This document shows, piece by piece, positions 59,141-64,000 of a DNA stretch of 64,000 nucleotides. Under the pieces are notes generated by a model that saw only the letters and a program-made list of their open reading frames with translations, did not search any database and was not told the DNA's origin. The stretch comes from Gammaproteobacteria bacterium. Lineage in GTDB: Bacteria > Pseudomonadota > Gammaproteobacteria > Eutrophobiales > Eutrophobiaceae. The position numbers and the translations under genes were made by a program. Location: the NCBI GenBank assembly GCA_965215365.1, contig CBDCDS010000003.1, forward strand, positions 480,001-544,000. The letters are read 5' to 3'. How positions within the stretch are numbered: the first letter of the stretch is position 1; each line of letters opens with the position of its first letter.

Positions 59141-59911
59141 TTACGATAGTTGGTTGTATGCCTCTGGCGCAATAGCCAAGTGGCAAAAATAGTCAATACA
59201 TTTGCGCAGTTGATGACCATTGTATTTTTCACTTGATGCCATTTTCGACATAGCAAAGTCCGCTGCATTCAGCGTGACCCCCTTTGAATTAATACGAATA
59301 AAAATTTCAGCGACAGTTTCCACGTCCAGGTCATGGTTCAGGTCAATCAGGCCAATGGTATTAAAAACAATTGCCTGAAGTTTATTCATACGTTCGAAGA
59401 TTTCGTCCTTGTTCATATCGGGATTTTTCTCGCAGTATTCGTCAACTAAACGATTAATTTTAGTCTCTGGCGCGAATATCCTGGAAATATCTGCGATCCA
59501 TTCCCGGTCTCGACTTATTGCTGGATTGCGTACCTCAAATCGCTCGTTTTTAGGATGGAATGCGATGGCAATCGATACCTGTCTGTAGTCTTTGTTTATG
59601 ATCTGCTTCCCTTGTAATGCTGCCAGGAGCGCGGTCACGCGTTGCTGCCCATCGATCAGGACCCGCTTGCCTGAAGATGTAGTACCATCCTTTAAGCGAA
59701 TATCGGGACTCTGCCAGGCAATGATGTACCCAACAGGATAGCCCCAATAAAGAGAATCTATCAGGTCGCGCACCTTTGCAGAGTTCCACACAAAAGGGCG
59801 CTGGATTTCAGGAATTGCAATCTGGTCGGCATTCAGCCAAGCCAGTAAAACCTCTATAGAGTGGGAATTTACTGAATAACGTTGAATGGTCATGAAATTG
59901 CGAGCTAAAAC

Positions 59912-60892
59912 TCAGTCATGGGAATGGTGATGGTGCTTGTGGGTATGCCAGTGGCTTTGTTTGTGGCCGTCGGTGGTCGGTTCGTTGTTCGGGTAGTCCG
60001 GGCCGCGTACGGCTTGGGTTTGCTCGAAGTCTTCCGGGCCGTGCGGGTGGTTGTGGGAATAGCTGACCATCCACTTGTACAGTAGCGGGTCGCGCTGGTA
60101 AACCCGGGCGGCGGCGCGGCGTTGGTTCTGCTTCGGTGTGGACCAGGGGTTGTAGTGGAAGTGGTTGAACAGTTTCGAGTCGACCCGGCCGAGGGCGATG
60201 CAGCCGAATTCCGAGGCGAATGCGCCGTGGTTGATGTAGGCCGGGCGCCAGAAGTAGCCGCCGGTGGGAATCTCGCCGAACTGCATCATCCAGGAGGTGC
60301 CCCACAGGTGGTAGGATTCCTCGGCGCAGTCATGGTAGGAGATATTGTCCTGGTAACAGGCCGGCGACATGCAGTACAGGAATGTCATCGCGTGTGAAAT
60401 CGGGTTGTAGTTAAGCAGCTTAATCAGGATGCCGGTGGCCGTCGCCGGCTTGACGATGTTGCCGGGCGCCCAGGTGATGTCCAGGTAAGAATCGACATCG
60501 TGGTAGAGGTCGGTCTGGGCCAGGGGGTGGTGTTCGGTGGTCTCGACCAGACTGGGTTCGCCGGTGTTGTACATCATCAATACCAGGGCGCCCTGTGCGG
60601 ATTGAATGGCCGGCATGGCATAACCCGCCGGGACGTAGAAGTAATGCCCCTTGCGCACTGTGCGGCCGTCCAGTTGCAGCTCTCCCTCGATGACGATCAG
60701 CTCCCATTCCGACCAGGAAAACCCCGGTGTCTGGCTGTAGCCGCCGTCCAGTTGCACGGTCATGGTGCAGGCGCCGGTGTCGGTGTCCATGCTCAACATC
60801 TTGTAATGCAGGCCCCGGCCAAAGCCCGGCAGGCGCATGTTTTTAAAGGTTACGTCGCGATCGACAAAGGGTTCTATGTGTGGGCGCGCCAT
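59912..60892 (-). CDS. Tandem cupin (DUF4437-like) protein with His-rich tail
   Basis: Two cupin-like repeats, YHDCAEESY, GGYFWRP...HG; C-terminus HWHTHKHHHHSHD. Confidence 0.65.
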   Translation of the reverse strand: MARPHIEPFVDRDVTFKNMRLPGFGRGLHYKMLSMDTDTGACTMTVQLDGGYSQTPGFSWSEWELIVIEGELQLDGRTVRKGHYFYVPAGYAMPAIQSAQGALVLMMYNTGEPSLVETTEHHPLAQTDLYHDVDSYLDITWAPGNIVKPATATGILIKLLNYNPISHAMTFLYCMSPACYQDNISYHDCAEESYHLWGTSWMMQFGEIPTGGYFWRPAYINHGAFASEFGCIALGRVDSKLFNHFHYNPWSTPKQNQRRAAARVYQRDPLLYKWMVSYSHNHPHGPEDFEQTQAVRGPDYPNNEPTTDGHKQSHWHTHKHHHHSHD

Positions 60893-61080
60893 ATTGTTTC
60901 TCCATTGATCATTGCGGGGGCGAAACTGCATTGTACCCCCGGATTTCGGGGGATACCCGGCGTCTCCAAAAATCGGAGGCTTGTTTACGCCGGAGTGTCC
61001 CGGGTTAAATTCGAGGAACCTCTAATTCCTGGCCGATATGACGATGACGAACAACTTACGTATTATCGGGGTATGCCAGT

Positions 61081-61380
61081 TTAACCGTTGTCGTCACTGT
61101 CAACGCCGTACTTCCAGATCACCTGGTCTTCCCGGTCTTGCGGTTTGGCCGGCAGGTTCTCGCGTGCTATCTTTACCTTCTGGTCGCCGTCGGCATTAAA
61201 GCCGCGCAGTGAAATCCGGTCGAAAAATTCCTCGTACCACTTGGCCCGCGTGGGTGCCAGCTCGTGCATCTGCCGGTCGATCTTTGCAAAGCGCTGTTCC
61301 TGCTCGGCCAGTTCCTCGCGCACCCATTGTTCTTCCTCACTGGTGCGTTCGTGGTCGATAAAAAAATTTTTGAAAGTCAT
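61081..61380 (-). CDS. Hypothetical protein
   Basis: 99 aa, co-oriented with flanking genes. Confidence 0.6.
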   Translation of the reverse strand: MTFKNFFIDHERTSEEEQWVREELAEQEQRFAKIDRQMHELAPTRAKWYEEFFDRISLRGFNADGDQKVKIARENLPAKPQDREDQVIWKYGVDSDDNG

Positions 61381-61420
61381 GGTTTGCTTCTCTCAAAGTG
61401 TCAATGTCAAAAGGCCACTT

Positions 61421-63046
61421 CTAACCCGCCATACTGCGCCGGCCAACCGCCGCTAACGGATGTTCGGTTGTCCGGCATAGTTCCACCGTGCAGTTGAGTT
61501 TACCCGAATTTGTTGTCAATGGGTAGTTTACTATCTCTCGCCGCAGTTCATCCAGACCCGGGGCGGCCTGCCAGAACTCAGTGAGGCGGGCGTTGAGGTA
61601 GTGCGCCTCCAGGCGCGGCTCTCCGGGCAGGGCATGGGTGGCGTCGCGAGCATACCAGGGCCAGTACAACTGCCGGTCGCGTAACCAGTGCCAGGTTTGC
61701 AGCAGGTGCGCGCTGGCGCTGTCCGGCATAAAATCGGGGCGCAGCCGCGGCCAATCCCACTCTGCGGCCAGCGCCACATAATCCAGTGGCTCGACCAGCT
61801 TGAGCGCCGTGACCGCCGCGCCCAGCCGCCGCGCCAGCTCCACGGCAAGGGCCGCGCTGTCCTGCTCGGCCTGAATCTGCAAGCTGCTCCAGCCCAGAGT
61901 CTCGACCAGTTCTGCCAGATTATCGACGACCCCGCTGATGCCGCCCCGTCCGGCTGGCACCGGCTGTGATAGCCCGTGCCCCGGCAGGTCCGGGGCGATG
62001 ACGTGGCAGGACCCGGAGCGAGCAAGGGTTGCGGCAGACAGGGCGCGCTGGGAGCTGCCGACATCATGCAAGGCCAATACGGGAGGCTGTTGGGCAGCGC
62101 CTGCGGCCTGATAATGGCAGCGCCCGGAATCCAGCTCGATAAAGCCTCTGCCGGCGCGCCGGCGCGGGTCGGTGCGGTCAATGCGGCAATCCCGGCTGTG
62201 CGCCTGGGCCCTCTGTTCGGTAAAAATACGCCGGAAGCCCTGGGTCCGCTGTGCCCGGGTCGGGCCGCAATGCAGCATGGTGAAATGGTCCGGCCACTGC
62301 ACCGAGTCGAAGCGGTCGGTGTAGGGTTTCAAAATGCTGCCCTGCCAGCGCATGATGATGGTGGGTACGGTAATGGGTTGTACCCGCTCCATTGTTTCGT
62401 TGGCAAACGCGGCCCGGTAGGCCCGGTCGTAATCCTTGCCGGCGCGCAGGAAGTCCATAGCCAGCTGCTGCACCACCTCGGTATTGACGCCGCCACCGGG
62501 CAAGCGGGTTGCCGGGCCGGTCTGGTGCCAGGGGAAAAAGACGCACTGATCCCGGGCCATCGACCAGAGGCGGGTCAGGTGGCTGCCGGTTGGGTCCGGC
62601 GTCAGGTCCGGGAAGTAGCCACAGACGATACGGTCCCGTTCTGCGTCGGTGAAGTGCGCGGCGTTGTCCAGGATCAGGTAATCGACCCGCGCGCTATGGA
62701 TTTTGCTGAATTCAATCGCGATTTGTGCGCCCGTGGCCGTGCCGTACAGCCCGAAGCTGTGCAGGCCCAGGCCTTGGGTAAATTCATGCAGGGCAGCGAC
62801 ATAACCGGTCAAATCACTGCCGGGTTGCGGCAGCGGCTCAGACCAGCCGTAACCGGGCGTATCGGGGGCCAGCACGGTACAAAACTCCGCCGCCACCTCG
62901 AGGAACGGCAGCACGGCCGCAGACGACATGGGCGAGGCATGCAGCATGACCAGCGGCGGTCCTGCTCCGGCGCGGCGGAAATGGACCTGTTGCGGCTGTT
63001 CCGCACTGCCGATGTTGACGTAGTCCTGAGTGATATTCACGTTCAA
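61421..63046 (-). CDS. Tandem alpha/beta-hydrolase fold protein
   Basis: Two PDTPGYG.S / PDLPGHG.S motifs; GTATG at the nucleophile elbow. Confidence 0.78.
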   Translation of the reverse strand: MNVNITQDYVNIGSAEQPQQVHFRRAGAGPPLVMLHASPMSSAAVLPFLEVAAEFCTVLAPDTPGYGWSEPLPQPGSDLTGYVAALHEFTQGLGLHSFGLYGTATGAQIAIEFSKIHSARVDYLILDNAAHFTDAERDRIVCGYFPDLTPDPTGSHLTRLWSMARDQCVFFPWHQTGPATRLPGGGVNTEVVQQLAMDFLRAGKDYDRAYRAAFANETMERVQPITVPTIIMRWQGSILKPYTDRFDSVQWPDHFTMLHCGPTRAQRTQGFRRIFTEQRAQAHSRDCRIDRTDPRRRAGRGFIELDSGRCHYQAAGAAQQPPVLALHDVGSSQRALSAATLARSGSCHVIAPDLPGHGLSQPVPAGRGGISGVVDNLAELVETLGWSSLQIQAEQDSAALAVELARRLGAAVTALKLVEPLDYVALAAEWDWPRLRPDFMPDSASAHLLQTWHWLRDRQLYWPWYARDATHALPGEPRLEAHYLNARLTEFWQAAPGLDELRREIVNYPLTTNSGKLNCTVELCRTTEHPLAAVGRRSMAG

Positions 63047-63073
63047 CTCTCAGTAACCTCAGTCGCCATAATG

Positions 63074-63105
63074 TCCGTCATTCCTGCGCAAGCAGGAATG
63101 ACGGA
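63074..63105. repeat. REP-like palindrome
   Basis: tccgtcattcctgc-gcaa-gcaggaatgacgga; related partial copy at ~12392-12413. Confidence 0.65.
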
Positions 63106-63155
63106 TGAGATGCAATGGGTGACCATACTTCAGCGCCATGCAGACCCATTGCGCC

Positions 63156-64000
63156 TCACAACCCCAAGCTGCCGGGGTTGATGCGGTTGTCGGGGTCCAC
63201 GGCCTGTTTCAGTTGCCGCAGCAATTCCCAGTTTGCCGGTTTCAGCCCTTGTTTATAAGGGTAAGCCTTGCCGACCTGCAGGTGTACGGTGCCGGCGTCA
63301 CAGAAAAAGTCCAGCAATTTCTGTCTGATTTGCGCCACGGCCTGACGCGCGGCCGGGTTTTCCGCAAAGCCGGGCAGTTTTTTCAGCACGCCCGGTTGCA
63401 CGGTGTCCCGGTGAATTTCCGTCATGGCATCGGGCCAGAAGAACACCGGTTCCACCACGAAGCAGTGGGTCGAGACGGTGGCTAACAGGTAGCCGACGCC
63501 AATGCCCTCACGTTCCATGAGCTCCCGGTGACCGGACAATATCTTTTCCACGCCATCGATTATAGCCACGGCCCGGGAGTGGGGCGCCAGCGCGTGCAGC
63601 GGCGCCCAGCGCTCGCCACTGGGCCCGACGATGTTGTTGAGAGGAGTAAACGGGTTCGCCCTGAGAATTTTCGGGATGCTGTTTTCAAGCTCGCGCCCGC
63701 CGTGCTCCGAACAAAGCTGCCGGGTGCGCGCCAGCCCTTCGTCGGCTGCGGCGGCGCCGCTCTCCTCCACCATGACGTGCAAGGAGTAAGCCACCGCGTC
63801 CATAAACCCCCTGCCGGCGACTGCCGTTTGCAAACCATCCTTCACCGCGGCCAGCACGCTGCCGCTTGCTTTCACTACGCCGGCCAGGGCTTTCACGTCC
63901 TTGAGCAGGCTCTCGCGTTGCAGGCGTTGTTTCTGCAAAAAGGGATCAAAGCCGAAACACTCCATGGCCAGACCGGCGCGCGCGATGGCGCTCATGGCGC
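63156..64000 (-). CDS. FAD-linked oxidase, C-terminal part (5' end outside window)
   Basis: HLQVGKAY...LKQAVDPDNRINPG terminal motif. Confidence 0.8.
   Translation of the reverse strand, partial: AMSAIARAGLAMECFGFDPFLQKQRLQRESLLKDVKALAGVVKASGSVLAAVKDGLQTAVAGRGFMDAVAYSLHVMVEESGAAAADEGLARTRQLCSEHGGRELENSIPKILRANPFTPLNNIVGPSGERWAPLHALAPHSRAVAIIDGVEKILSGHRELMEREGIGVGYLLATVSTHCFVVEPVFFWPDAMTEIHRDTVQPGVLKKLPGFAENPAARQAVAQIRQKLLDFFCDAGTVHLQVGKAYPYKQGLKPANWELLRQLKQAVDPDNRINPGSLGL

Larger units (their letters stand above)
56866..59144 (+). mobile_element. IS66-family element with passenger DNA methyltransferase (2279 bp)
   Basis: TIRs GTAACTACTCGCCCC / GGGGCGAGTAGTTAC; 8-bp TSD GATAGTTG at 56858-56865 and 59145-59152. 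Confidence 0.92.
55822..59893 (-). pseudogene. GmrSD-like (DUF262 + HNH/DUF1524-like) gene interrupted by IS66
   Basis: N part IPEIQRPFVW, IDGQQR, FIRINSKG; C part HIHHIFP...IAN; removing the IS and one TSD restores frame ([20 protein letters not shown]). Confidence 0.85.

Overview
A 64 kb piece of a gammaproteobacterial-type chromosome. Housekeeping blocks (zapD-coaE-pilD, clpB, rluD, degS, hisDG-murA-ibaG-mlaC, purN-pdxB, secFD-yajC, msrB, mltF) alternate with dense defence, toxin-antitoxin and mobile DNA. The strongest lead is a type I-G (I-U) CRISPR-Cas interference module (csb1/cas7, csb2, cas3, csb3/cas8g) with no array or cas1/2/4 in the window. Its Csb2 carries an in-frame ~240-aa phosphoribosyltransferase (PRTase) domain between the Cas5-like and Cas6-like halves, and a nested 69-codon ORF with its own Shine-Dalgarno lies in another frame inside that insert. 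Also present: a HindIII-family R-M pair; a Menshen-like DUF262/ATPase-DUF3696/effector operon and a Schlafen-AlbA_2/HATPase gene sandwiched between near-identical tandem coiled-coil PD-(D/E)XK paralogues with variable heptad repeats; an IS66-family element carrying a DNA adenine methyltransferase that interrupts a GmrSD-like gene (8-bp target duplication); two identical IS481-family copies plus derived fragments; several MITE-like repeats; and about ten intact or decayed TA modules. All calls come from motif recognition by eye; no database searches were run.
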